A stretch of DNA of 64,000 nt from Trichoplax sp. H2. Taxonomy: Eukaryota. The stretch spans positions 1 to 64,000 of the forward strand of contig NOWV01000177.1 in assembly GCA_003344405.1 (NCBI GenBank), written 5' to 3'. Of the stretch, positions 23,001 through 35,411 are shown piece by piece. Made by a program: the position numbers and the translations under genes. The notes under the pieces were generated by a model, which was given only the letters and a program-made list of their open reading frames with translations, ran no database searches and was not told where the DNA came from. The stretch's first letter is position 1. The number at the start of each line of letters is the position of its first letter.

Positions 23001-26000
23001 GTAGATAGTAAAGTATTTTTACAAACCAAGGAAAGCAGAATAAAAACCAACACCAAATTGTCCGATGAGATCGCTAGCCTGTTTGCTTTCTTCACCAGAT
23101 TCCTGTAAAGATTGGCAATAGACAAAGTATTAAGTAAAGATGGATCTCTACAATATTGTAATAGCAATATCCTCTTCATTAATAACAGCTAAGTTACTAT
23201 ATGTAAAATGCCAAATAATGAATAAGTGAGGATAGAAGGCATTAAACAGTCTCTAGTTCTAGACTGTTAAGATTTAAATTAATAAAGTTACCTGCATCTT
23301 TTTGAAAAATTCATTTGTTCCAGATTTAGCAATAGTACCAAGATTTTTAATCAAATCTTGTTTTGTCATTCCAATACCAGTATCGGTGATATGTAGAACA
23401 CGATTTTCTTTATCGACCTGATATTGACAAAATTATTTTTTTCCAGTTAACAACTTCAGGTTTCAAAGTAGTAAGCAAAAGCTCTAATCAACCATGTAAC
23501 TTGCAAATGGAATATGGTACATCTATTTACCTTAATTTTGATTTCGAGTTCCGGGTTATTGCCTAATACTTCCTTATCAGTAAGTGACATAAAACGAATC
23601 TTGTCTAAGGCATCAGAGGAATTGGAAATGAGTTCGCGAAGGAAAATCTACACGAGATTAAGAAATTGGTTAATTCTCATTTTTTTTAATGTAAATTGAT
23701 ATTACTACAATAATTACAACCATATGTAAATTCACTATTACAAGCCGAAATTTTTAGGACATACCTCTTTATTCCTGTACAAGGAATTAATAATCAGCTT
23801 CATCATCCTGCTAACTTCTGCTTGAAATTCACTCTTTTCACCCTTTTCTCTCAATTCTTTCATTTGTGCAACGTTCAAACCATCAATCTGCGAGTAAAAA
23901 AATATGCTACTTAGAACAGTGTAGACAATAGCATCATTATTTTATATTTTTTACAGAATTGACAGAATTATAATAATGTTATATATACAGTATATCATCT
24001 AATCGTCGTTGCAAAATATTGGCACCTATACACTAGTGTACGCGTACAATGAATGCTGTAATACGAATAGTAAAGCAGCTAATCTACCTTAATGGCTTCC
24101 TCTTCCCTGTACCATTAACAAGTAGATACCGTACCAGAATTGTTATATGCAAAAGAATACATAAGTCGATATTTAAGTATAGTAGACAACTTGTAATCAC
24201 TATTTGAATCACTTAAGCCAGACAAGTATAAAACAGCAATGATTCGCATCGCTATTATTCATAATACCGTGCAACAGCTTCGTCATCGGTCTTTGATGCA
24301 TCACGAGATTTACCAATGTCCTCTTCTACAGTTGCAGCTGGTTTTTCGTCGTCCTCAGCTCTGCAGGTTGCTATAAATAATGTAAAACTTACTATTAGGG
24401 GGCATTGCTTAGACTAGCTAAGTAGAAGAAGTGGAAACTATACGCATTTATTACAGTACTACAGTGTGCCTCTAAAATTGAATCATGTTGATATATATTT
24501 TCTAGTAGAGGTATTGTAAATTGGAATTAAGTCGGAAATAGTTGTTACTTTGAACACATTCTTATGTTATACAAGGTAAAGAAAATGCAACTTGCGCAAC
24601 AAAAGACAATCACTTCATAATGTCATTACTATCCATATTAGCACTGTATTAATATCTGCATTACGTATACCGTTGGAGTAGAATACTGAATATTTGGTGG
24701 ACTTACTAACATTATTTACTAAATGATTATTGAAAAGTTCCATTTTTTTTAAGCCGTACATGTCTATCTTAATGAATTAATTAAATATAACGCGATGCAG
24801 TAGAATAAGAGAACAACATGAAAATTGTGTAATAGATACGAGAACATCAATATTATTTGAATAACAGTGTTTGTCTCGTATAATTAAATAGTCTAAAAAT
24901 TATAAATACGCTTAGCTGCCAATAATAGCCACAGGAAAATATTTATCCAAAAAATTGTACTCTTTTGGGTGAAATACACAGGTCGACTAAAGCAACATCT
25001 AAGTGATAATCAGATAAATACGAACTCATTTAAATTGTTGCATCGTGATATTACCAATGATGACCGATCGTTCTAGGGATCAATTAGTCTACCGATGGTT
25101 TTACAGAGAGAGCATCATTCATCATAAAAGTTGTATTTTTAACGTATTGCTCTAACTGTACAGTACTGTAGACTATAGTAGATAAGGATAACACTTTATT
25201 TATAATCTTGTTATCGATCTGGACGATAACAATAATTTCATCCAAGTTGTTGTATCATCATTTTATGAATAACCATGTTGTCGATTCGCCTAGGATAACT
25301 CAGTCTACCTCTAGTGTCTCAGAGAAGAAGAGTCTATAATAAAGAAATTGTTATATTTTTTTTCACATGAGCAATAGACTATTTATCTATTGTTATCGTT
25401 TAGCATGATTACCACCAGATCAAGATTAAGGTATTGAAAGCGTGATATTAATAATTTTGTGGTAGCATCGATCGGTCTAGGGCTATTAGCGCAATCTGCA
25501 ACAACCAGTGAAAGTTAGCCACGTTGACTATTATTGTTTTAAATTTGTCGTGAATACATCAACAATTCATTTCTTATCTATTTTAAAGGAGTCATAACCG
25601 GTGAGTGAGGCATTGATGGTATGGGAGAAAAAAACAACATCATGTAATTACTTTGTACACATGATCATAATACGTTGAAGGATATGAAAATAACCGTCTT
25701 AAATTGATACATTGTAAACAAAAGCATGGATGATTGCCCGGGTGTTATTTCTCTCAAGCGTTGCATATTCACTTGTTTCTTTCAAATCTACTACCGTGTG
25801 ATAGTGCTAAATTCAAGAAGCTCGTAACTGCACTGAAGTGATTGTCATCTTGGTCGATGATATGATGGCTTTAAAAGCAGTAAAGAGCATACTATTACCG
25901 AATCAATCGAATTCAGTTGTCTAGAATGGATAATGGAAGTAGCTTGTTTGCAAAAGACTACTTTTGTTCCGCTACAGTAATAACATGATTTATAGTTTAA

Positions 26001-27072
26001 GCACTCTATTTCACTGCAAGTACAGTACAAGCCATTTCTGTACATACATGAAATCCGAGACTATGAACATAGTCACGCATGTACTGTATTGAATAAGTTA
26101 TAGGGTGTTCAACCATATATAAATATTTAAATTCGATTTCTTACTAAACCTAGTGCATATAAACGGGTTGTTTAACAAGAGCAAGTTTGTCAACATCGAC
26201 ACTATCTACTAAGCGTGATTAACAACAAATCGGATGCTTCGGTATCCATGCAAGCATTTTCAACGATTTCTACTTTAAGAAGCTCCCTTGGAATCGATGA
26301 CGTGAGTGGCTTCTGATCCAAATCCATCTACTAGATATGGACAGGATTGGGGGAGTCTTACTTAACATTGATAGCTATTCCCAAAATGACTAGCAAATGC
26401 TTGCATCCTGCGCATTCATTGAAGATCGGCCAAGGTGAAATAGTGAAGAAGGTATATCGATGCAAGCCAGCATGCATCCATATCGTCTTGTACTATAATA
26501 TGAAATTAGCATTGAGTGAAGAAGTTATGCACCGCTAGAGCACGCTCATTTTCGGAAAACTCAATCCAATAGATGATCGATAGACATGTATTGGACAGAG
26601 GACAAGACTGCTTTTCTAAGTATTCTTTCTACTCTTGTTCTATGAACATTTGAAGGTTGCTCCAAACAGAAGCAATGCGATTTTGCACCAACGTGTTGGG
26701 CACGCTTGATTGCATGGTACTCTTGTACAATGAACCACGCTGTTGACTTCTTTCTACACGCTCAGTCACCATTTTGACATAAACTATGGCACCCTTTATG
26801 TGTCTATCTTACTACTAATGCCATTGTAAATGATCTCTAGCTATTTTAAACTTTTCATCATGTCATCAATGACCATCATGTCGACATGATGATCCAATGA
26901 GCCAGTAGTAACATGAGCGAAAATGAAGAAGAAATCATTTTCAATTGGATGGAATTTCCAATCGCTCAACATGTGTGGCGCAAAGGCAAAAAATATTCCG
27001 CAAAAATACTGGTAACTTACGCGTTAAAGCCAGACAGAGTAGAGCAATTAAGAGATAGTATTTCCAGGTCAT
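20025..27072 (-). CDS. HSP90B1: Endoplasmin / GRP94 (ER HSP90)
   Basis: Exon 1 27072-27021 [17 protein letters not shown] (signal peptide); 24370-24268 ([19 protein letters not shown]); 19-nt exon 24106-24088 (EEEAIK); 23887 onward [41 protein letters not shown]; then [88 protein letters not shown]; last exon ends EKDEL-TAG at 20025. Confidence 0.97.
26296..26305 (+). promoter_or_regulatory. UPRE/XBP1-like element GATGACGTGA in HSP90B1 intron 1
   Basis: Matches the TGACGTG(G/A) consensus; short motif, supported only by context. Confidence 0.35.
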
Positions 27073-27444
27073 GATGGATAAAATAGCAAGGAGAAATGGA
27101 TGACCACCTCTGAAGAAATGGTGATGAGAATCAACCGGTCTTGAATGGAATGTACAAGAGGGAGCAAGAGTCCACCAATTAAAAGAGTCAAGCCCAGGAA
27201 GGTGAGGCTACCAGGATACTATGTACTGTAGTAGACTTGACTTTTTGGACGGGACCCAAGCGTACAGTAGTCCCTACGGACACTCTGGTGTGCATACTGT
27301 AGCAAGCCATAGCACGCCATCATCTATTGCAGTCTGTCCCTTGCCTACAGTATACTGTAGAGTATTGTACTGTACACTGTAGACAACACACACAAGTGGT
27401 GGTGAACGATGGTGACTGAATTGTTGCAGCGTGCACTGGCGTAG

Positions 27445-27463
27445 CGTGGCTAATGATGATTGG
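27445..27463 (-). promoter_or_regulatory. ER stress response element (ERSE) CCAAT-N9-CCACG
   Basis: Minus strand reads CCAAT catcattag CCACG, an exact consensus in the orientation of HSP90B1, about 370 bp upstream of its ATG; two more CCAAT boxes at 27500-27509. Confidence 0.8.
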
Positions 27464-27542
27464 CTGGCAGCATAATAACGTGACGCGCGTCTCAATCTGA
27501 TTGGATTGGCTTTGAATGTAAAGCGACACCGTTTCTTTCTTT

Positions 27543-28791
27543 ATCGATGGTCACGGACTGACAGTCACCTACCTACCTACAGGTGTACAGTGTACACTGT
27601 ACAGTGTACAGTACTGTACTGTACTGTACTGGTCGATAGTCCAGTACAGTCGACGCCTTGGTAGTATCGATCGATAGTGGATCACTGACTGACTGTCACA
27701 GAGTGTCACCTACCTACTGTCGACGCCTTGGTAGGATCGATCGATAGTGTATCACTGACTGACTGTCACAGAGTGTCACCTACCTACTGGTGTACAGTGT
27801 ATAGTACTGTACCCAACTGTACTGTCGACGCCTAGGCAGTATCGATCGATAGTGGATCACTGACTGACTGTCACAGAGTGTCACCTACCTACAGGTGTAC
27901 TGTACTGTACTGTCGACGCCTTGGTAGTATCGATCGATAGTGGATCACTGACTGACTGTCACAGAGTGTCACCTACCTACTAGTGTACAGTGTATAGTAC
28001 TGTACCGTACTGTACTGTACTGTCGACGCCTTGGTAGTATCGATCGATAGTGGATCACTGACTGACTGTCACAGAGTGTCACCTACCTACTGTCGACGCC
28101 TTGGTAGGATCGATCGATAGTGTATCACTGACTGACTGTCACAGAGTGTCACCTACCTACTGGTGTACAGTGTATAGTACTGTACCCAACTGTACAGTGT
28201 ACAGTACTGTCGACGCCTTGGCAGTATCGATCGATAGTGGATCACTGACTGACTGTCACAGAGTGTCACCTACCTACTGTACTGGTGTACAGTACAGTGT
28301 ACAGTACTGTACCGTACTGTACTGTCGACGCCTTGGTAGTATCGATCGACAGTGGATCACTGACTGACTGTCACAGAGTGTCACCTACCTACAGGTGTAC
28401 TGTACTGTACTGTCGACGCCTTGGTAGTATCGATCGATAGTGGATCACTGACTGACTGTCACAGAGTGTCACCTACCTACTGGTGTACAGTACAGTGTAC
28501 AGTACTGTACCGTACTGTACACTGTACTGTCGACGCCTTGGTAGGATCGATCGATAGTGTATCACTGACTGACTGTCACAGAGTGTCACCTACCTACTGG
28601 TGTACAGTATATAGTACTGTACCCAACTGTACTGTCGACGCCTTGGTAGCATCGATCGATAGTGGATCACTGACTGACTGTCACAGAGTGTCACCTACCT
28701 ACAAGTGTACATACAGTGTACAGTACTGTACTGGTCGATAGTCCAGTACAGTTCTGCAAACTGGACTGTCTACGCCTTGGCAGCATCGATC
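27543..28791. repeat. Tandem array of 11 complete 69-bp conserved units separated by variable-length GTACA-rich spacers, with degenerate terminal copies
   Basis: Unit GTCGACGCCTTGGTAGTATCGATCGATAGTGGATCACTGACTGACTGTCACAGAGTGTCACCTACCTAC starting near 27649, 27719, 27824, 27912, 28022, 28092, 28208, 28324, 28412, 28529, 28634; spacers from 1 to about 48 nt. Confidence 0.95.
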
Positions 28792-29555
28792 TAAAGTGTA
28801 TCGGTCATTCTATAGTATTCCATTGCAGGTACTGTATCGGTATTATGAAAAGCGATATCAGACCGTGGTCCCATGGCGTCACCCTGTTGACTCTCAAGGA
28901 GAGAGTGACGTGAAGAAAAACGTGCTGTCAGTCCATACCGTGTGGAAAGCCAGAGACACTGAAGTAAGAAAGAGATGGACAGAAAACGCTACACTGTACT
29001 ACTCCAAACGACACGGCTGAATTATTTTGACTGCGTATCGACCTCCATTTTAGTCATTGATGATAAAAGAAAGAGGGGGGATAGGAAATGGATCGATCGC
29101 TCAGCACAGTATACTAATCCTTTAACATCGCACTATGTTGATGACCATTTCAACTAAATCATCCATCACGACAAAACTGTCAGTGTGTGACTGTCTACGA
29201 TTGTCCTCCGATGACCTACTACACTACTTTGTTTGCTTTCTGTAGTAACATATAGTAGAATGAGCAGTTCAAAACTTCAAATGATCTCCACTGAATGTTC
29301 ACTTCTCGTCTTTCTGTCTATACTATCTGTTTCCATAGCTAAACCAAGTTCTTACCTCACCATCGTCCTTTCTACTGGCAGTAAATATTACTATTGCAAT
29401 AATTCATATGAATAAAGGACCTAACATAAGAAAAATTGATTTAAAACGTGTACCGTTATATGTTGTAAAATCCCCATTTTACAGTATTTTGTATCAGAAA
29501 CTACAGTGAAATTGAGTCTTCTGTACACTGATAAGACTGATGCAAACGGTAACAC

Positions 29556-29565
29556 ATGACGTCAT
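29556..29565. promoter_or_regulatory. Perfect CRE palindrome ATGACGTCAT
   Basis: Exact 10-bp CREB/ATF palindrome about 2.5 kb upstream of HSP90B1; function unproven. Confidence 0.3.
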
Positions 29566-30685
29566 CCATTACGGCTAAAGGAAGCCAAAACATGGTGGAA
29601 AAAATAAAGAATCACTCACAGGGTGATGCTTGTAAATCGCCCAGCTTTTTTAAGCAAAGTATGATAGGTGGTACTGTGCAGAGAAACGGGATCTCCTTCA
29701 TTATGACAATTAATAGAACCGTATACTATAACTAAGTTTAAATCACGCAATACTTTCAATTTTGCCTTACGCTATTGAATAGCTGAAATGGTATTCCAAT
29801 CTTATAAATTCATTCTATCCATTTGCATGGTTGTATGCAATGAAATAAGGCGAATTGAAGGATAGAATTTTAATTGGTAAAAGTAGCTGCGCTAAAATAA
29901 TATTCAAGACGTTCACTATCTTGTCTAGTCCAATCCTCTATTGATCTCACTATGTCATTTGACTGACAAGAAATGTGTTGATCTTGCTACCAATAATTTT
30001 TAATTTTTATTGTCGTACAGCGTAGGAGCGATTTATGAATTTTATTCCTATTGGCATAATTTTAAATCTTAATTTGAAGCACTATAATATCGATCTCAGC
30101 GATGAAAGTCATATCCTTACAAGCCACATTTTCCACCGTGTAGGATGATATAAAATCAGGGTAATCATTTGGTCAGACTTGAGTCTTATTTGAGGCAATA
30201 TCCGTAACTTGAGCAAGACTATCAAGTTCTAACCAATTTCTGTATAATATCCATCATTGACTGTTGGTGAGCATGTTTGTAATTACTAGTATTAGCAATA
30301 TTGATATCAACAGGAGTCAATTATAGCGGCTAGTGTAGCCAATGCTACTCACTCAGTCATCGTGCTTTCACTTTTCTCTCAACTTAAAGTAGGTACTCTG
30401 GTAGGCAGTATCTACCGTAAAACTGTAGCTATGACTGTTTGCTCGTAGCGAAAGAAATAGAAGCTTGGACTATTCTCTCCCCTTCGTCAGTACTGTAAAT
30501 AGCGCCAAATTGTAACTGTGAATGCTATATTGGTAGCAAGAAGAGGCAGGAATTTGTCGACGATCGTCATCGCATACCGTCAAAGCTGGCGTAAACCTGC
30601 AAGACTCTAGTATGTAGTGTCGTTGCTCTATTTTGACTTTCTCTCCTCTTCGACAGTAGAATCACCCAGTAGTCCAGATATTCAC

Positions 30686-31085
30686 CAGTGGAATTACTTC
30701 AATATTAGTGTTTAGTGTTGTGGCCTTTAAAAGTGGAATTAGTCCAGTATTCGCGTTTAGTGTAGCGGCCTATGAAAGTGGAATTAGTACTTAAAGTTGC
30801 GGCCTATGAAAGTGGAATTAGCCCAATGTTAGCGTTTAGTGTTGTGGCCCATGAAAATAGAATTGGTCCAATATTCATCCTTAGTGTTGTGGCCTATGAA
30901 AGTGCAATTAATCTAGAATTAATGTTTAATGTTATGTCCTATGAAAGTGGAATTAGTCTAGTATTAGTGTTTGGTGTTGCGGCCTATGAAAGTGGAATTA
31001 GTCCAGTCCAATATTAGTGTTTAGTGTTATGGCCGATGAAAGTGGAATTAGTCCAGTATTAGTGTTTTAGTGTTGCAGCCTATGA
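30686..31085. repeat. About 45-bp minisatellite, 8-9 diverged copies
   Basis: Unit like ttagtgttgcggcctatgaaagtggaattagtccagtattagtgt; produces the 15-aa periodic ORF 30772-31017. Confidence 0.9.
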
Positions 31086-31151
31086 TAAAACATCTTTTTT
31101 ACCGCAACAGCCCAAACTATTTGACTCTTAAGCTAGCGGATAGGCTGCGAC

Positions 31152-31305
31152 TAGATCTGAGAAAGGTTCGCTTCGGCTCAAAACCGTTATGATCTATATA
31201 AGAACCTGAATCTGAACCGCTTTGAAATCAATCAAACCTGAACCGAACCTATTTTACCATTTTCGAACTGGTTCAATCGGTTCAGTTCAATTTACAGCTA
31301 CACTA
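31152..31305. mobile_element. Possible degenerate hAT-type MITE remnant
   Basis: Clustered GAACC/GGTTC motifs in both orientations (ggttcgcttcgg, ctgaaccgaacc, ggttcaatcggttcagttc) ending in tttacagctacactag; terminal inverted repeats imperfect and no target-site duplication found. Confidence 0.3.
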
Positions 31306-34300
31306 GTACAAACTCACTTCGCTTTGCTGACGGTTTACGATAATGTACCCATTTATTAATAATTAACAGATAGTATTATCATTCGACATTATATATATCC
31401 TGGTAATAGCCAGGTACTTCTATATTCACAGCTATGCTTGTAGAATATTACTTTTCATTAATGCATTCACGGATGAAATGCTATGAAATGCTATATTAAG
31501 ATTAGTTAATGGTCCAAAACGCATTATGATAACTATTGCACGGTGATGGACATACCAAGTTAAGATTAGCAGGTACTGGAAGATATCGACAGTGCGGTAC
31601 AATGTCCTTAATATTGTGGTCAATTCTAGACCAATCATGATAATGTGTCTAAGGATCGCTTGCGCATGCAAAGTTTTAAATATTTATTCTACATTACCTT
31701 TTTTCTTAATGCTAATTTATCTAAATTTTATGTACCAGCAATATTGATTGTCATTGCTGCCAATAAAAGAGCTTCAGATAGGACTTATAATTATTTATAC
31801 TATAGAATTATGCTTATTGCCTATTGATTATCCACATCGACGCTTGCTTAAGGTGCAGCCAAGCAAGTATAATGTTAAATTGAAAACAGTTTACAGATCA
31901 AAGTACATTCAATCTATCGATATCGGCACTTTAGATCGCCTGTAGATCAACCATATTAAAGGGAATGGCAAATCAAATCACAAATAATCAAAGCAAATAA
32001 AGCAGTCCCATTTAAACATTACTCAGATGCAATAGAATACAATTTAAAAACGATCGATGTCAAGAATTCAACAATAGTTCTGTTGTGCTATAGCCAACAG
32101 AACTTGCTTCCTTCATTTCACTCCATAAATCTTGCATCTTTTAGCTTAAGGCTATCATGGTTTTATGGCCATCAGCTTAATATAATAAGATAAATAAGCA
32201 TAAACTTATATCAGAACCTTGTTTAAACCACTCTACTCATTGTCATTACCAAGTACCTTTTATGCTGTTTATTGAACATGGAGCCAATGTATAATAATGC
32301 CCACGCCTACATTGACCGAGTTATTTACTCATGTATTGAATTTATCGCAATAACTGTAACAGAGAGTCGATGAAGAATAGATTCAACCTTTACAAATTAG
32401 TATAATATCCCTAATATAACTAGCAAAGTGATTGATAGTTATATTGAAGCAGATTGAATAGCATCTTCAAGAGAACAATACTTGGCCCAATAGTATTTAT
32501 TAGCTTAACACTGCTGCAGGCTGTGCTTAGCAATCTGCCTTTAGGAGTTAATTAATAAGTTGTAATTATAATTAATTTTTTCCACTACTTTATCCTTGAT
32601 TTGGCCTTTAGGATCTTATCCTAGGTTGCAACGTGTATTTGCTAGCCAGGAATTGGGGAAGAGATCCAAGCAGTAACCTAGCCAAAATATTTTCTTGTAA
32701 AAGACAAGGCCATTACGACAGGCAGTGGCGAAATCATCGCCATACTTGAAAAAAAATCAACTGAACAGGTAAGTTTTTACTAGGTAAAAAAGTTTCAAAT
32801 AAGTGCTATATTAAAAAAATTTTTAAAGGATGGGCAGATTTCAATGCTGATTACTGCTTAACTTTACGTATTGGATAATATTCAATTAAGAGCGGCATCA
32901 ATTCAAATTCATCCAACATCAAATAGTGTTTGTTTCTTAACAATTATCGTCTAATTAAATGTTGTAGTCAAGAATTGAAGAAAATGAAATCTGAAAGCTA
33001 TACCGTAGCTCAATACAATCAAGAGATTTCAACCGAAGGAAGAGGTAAGGGTAATTCGATCTTTTCATTCTTGGTTTTTTTTGGACTTTGGGGATGGCTA
33101 TGATAACGCTACGTTTATTGTCAGGAATAACTTTTTTTGCTTTCATTATTCATCCAATTGCGTTAAATTATCATTTCGATCTTTCTCTAAGGATAATAGT
33201 ATCCTAATCATTTTAAAATAGAGATTAACTACGATTATTGTTTCAGTGATATTGAGGCCAACTCGTTGACCATGATATCAACAGAAAATGATCATTTATC
33301 TTGACCTTAAATTAGCAATCAATTCGTCTGAAAGAAATTCTATTTACCTTCCGTTTGATCGTATCAAATTGAAATCGTTTAAATAATCATTATCACTAAC
33401 TGCACGATACTATTGCAATTTACTTCCCACTATTTTCATGCCACTAATGAAGTGTATGATCACGAAATTTCAAGACTTAGAAAATGATTGATTGATTTTT
33501 CTCCATAGTAATTTGCAGATGGGGTAGATCAGGGTTCTATTTAGCCTAGATTTGAACATATAACATTGATATATATTGCAATATCGTCAGATGAAATTAC
33601 ATTAATATTGTGATATTATATTTATGTGGCTCAAAAGGTATAACGCCAAGTGTTTACGTAGTATGAAGCAAGTATTCGATTACAATATCGAAAATAATTT
33701 TACTGTTATATAGATTTTAAATAACGCTCGATAGTTATTAGTACCAAATTCAGTCGTAAGAGTATAATGATATCGTGCTGAATGAAGAATAATATCATCA
33801 GTTGATCATCCCAATAGTTAGCACTGCATGATTACAGCTTCATTGTTTCCTCCTGTTTATACGGCGTCGAACAAGTTTAAAGTGAGAAATTATTTATTCG
33901 ACAACGTAGTTGAATGTGTCAATCAGATTGATATTAACATATTTCCATAAAATTTAAGTAAATAAATTTTTTCTCGTAAAAGGCTTATAATGCTGAAAGT
34001 GTCTTGTAAAAGGAAAGTTTCATTGAGCTAATAGTATAAAATAATTTATTGCTTACCTTATTACGTTAAATGTAGCATCATTTGACGAAAAGTGTATCCT
34101 AGTCATTTCTTTAGTATACCAGTATATAAAATTGAATATTTTTTTCATTTCCATTTAAAATTTCAATTGTTAAACATCTACAATGTCTCAACAAATCTTT
34201 TAATTACGTATAAAATATAATTTGCCTTTGAAAACCCAGAATAAATTTGTCGATATCCAAGGAAGGATGGCTTTTATTGACCGATTTAAACTGCGGTACG

Positions 34301-35411
34301 TAGTTGCACCTTAGTTTTAGTTACATTTTTCCTAGTTAAAGTATCTAAATGGAAATTGAAGATGCTGTAAGTCTTATCAAGCATCAAGATTGAACACCTC
34401 AAATTTTACATTCCTTAAATAGCTCCCAACTGGCCATATAATTTGTTTTTTACTACTTAAGAATTGCCCTGTAATAGTTCACTAGCCAAGTAATTTCTTA
34501 GTAGTAATCAACTTTAAGCAGACACGATATCTTTATTTTCTAGCATTCTGTACCGGTCTACTACTGTATATTTTAGCAGTGCAGTTAGCATGAAAATCTT
34601 TATCATGTTTGATGTCTAACAACTTATGCTAAGACACGTATATGATCGTACTATTAAACTCTTAAATATCTAATATCATCGAGAAAAACGTCTTGAAGGC
34701 AGAATAGAAACACGATATAAATGACAAGTGTGGTTAAATTACATTTTGCTTTAGAAAATTGCTCTACACAGAGCAGAAAATATGAATTACTCTGCTCTAT
34801 AGAGGACTAAACGCTGCAATCATAGTCCCTACGGACTAGATTATATTGAATATTTAACTATGGTATCTTCTTAATAAATCTGATTATCTATTAGGGAATA
34901 TCTATTAATTTTCGAATAATCATAGCGTAAATTAGCTTTACATCATCTCTTCTTTGTCACTATAAAATCAGTGACGAATACCCTTATTAATAAGGCAAAA
35001 CATGAGATTGATGCCAATATTTTTGTCGGATTATATTATATTAATGTTCATTGATTTATTCGTAAGTTTTTATATTTTTCACTGATCTAGAAATGTTTCA
35101 ACTGATATTCCATTAGTCGTGCAGCAACATAGTGTAATACATTTGACCATTTTGTTGATTAATCACATTAATCACAGATGTTTCATGAAATTTCGCATAG
35201 TAACAGTCAGCTTGGGATGCACTTGATATTCAATAGATGTTATTAATTCATTAATCATCTGTTGAGCAAAAATCAACATTCCCCTCTCTATTCCATATTA
35301 AGCTTAGAGTGATGCTGACGTTGATAAAATCTAGCTTTTATAAATGATCTTATGAAGAAAATAAGAAATGAAATGTAATTCTTTTCTTCTTCTTATAACA
35401 ATACTTGACAG

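Noticed and set aside
27649-28702. True CRISPR array
   Set aside because: Repeat is 69 bp; spacers are 1-48 nt, low-complexity and recurrent rather than unique; no cas genes; eukaryotic intron-containing context
28101-28741. ORFs 28101-28367 and 28421-28741 with repeated DSGSLTDCHRVSPTY
   Set aside because: Translations of the tandem array; spacer lengths shift the frame between units
30772-31017. 15-aa repeat protein (VAAYESGISP...)
   Set aside because: Frame holds for only about five minisatellite units; flanking units break it and no splice context was seen
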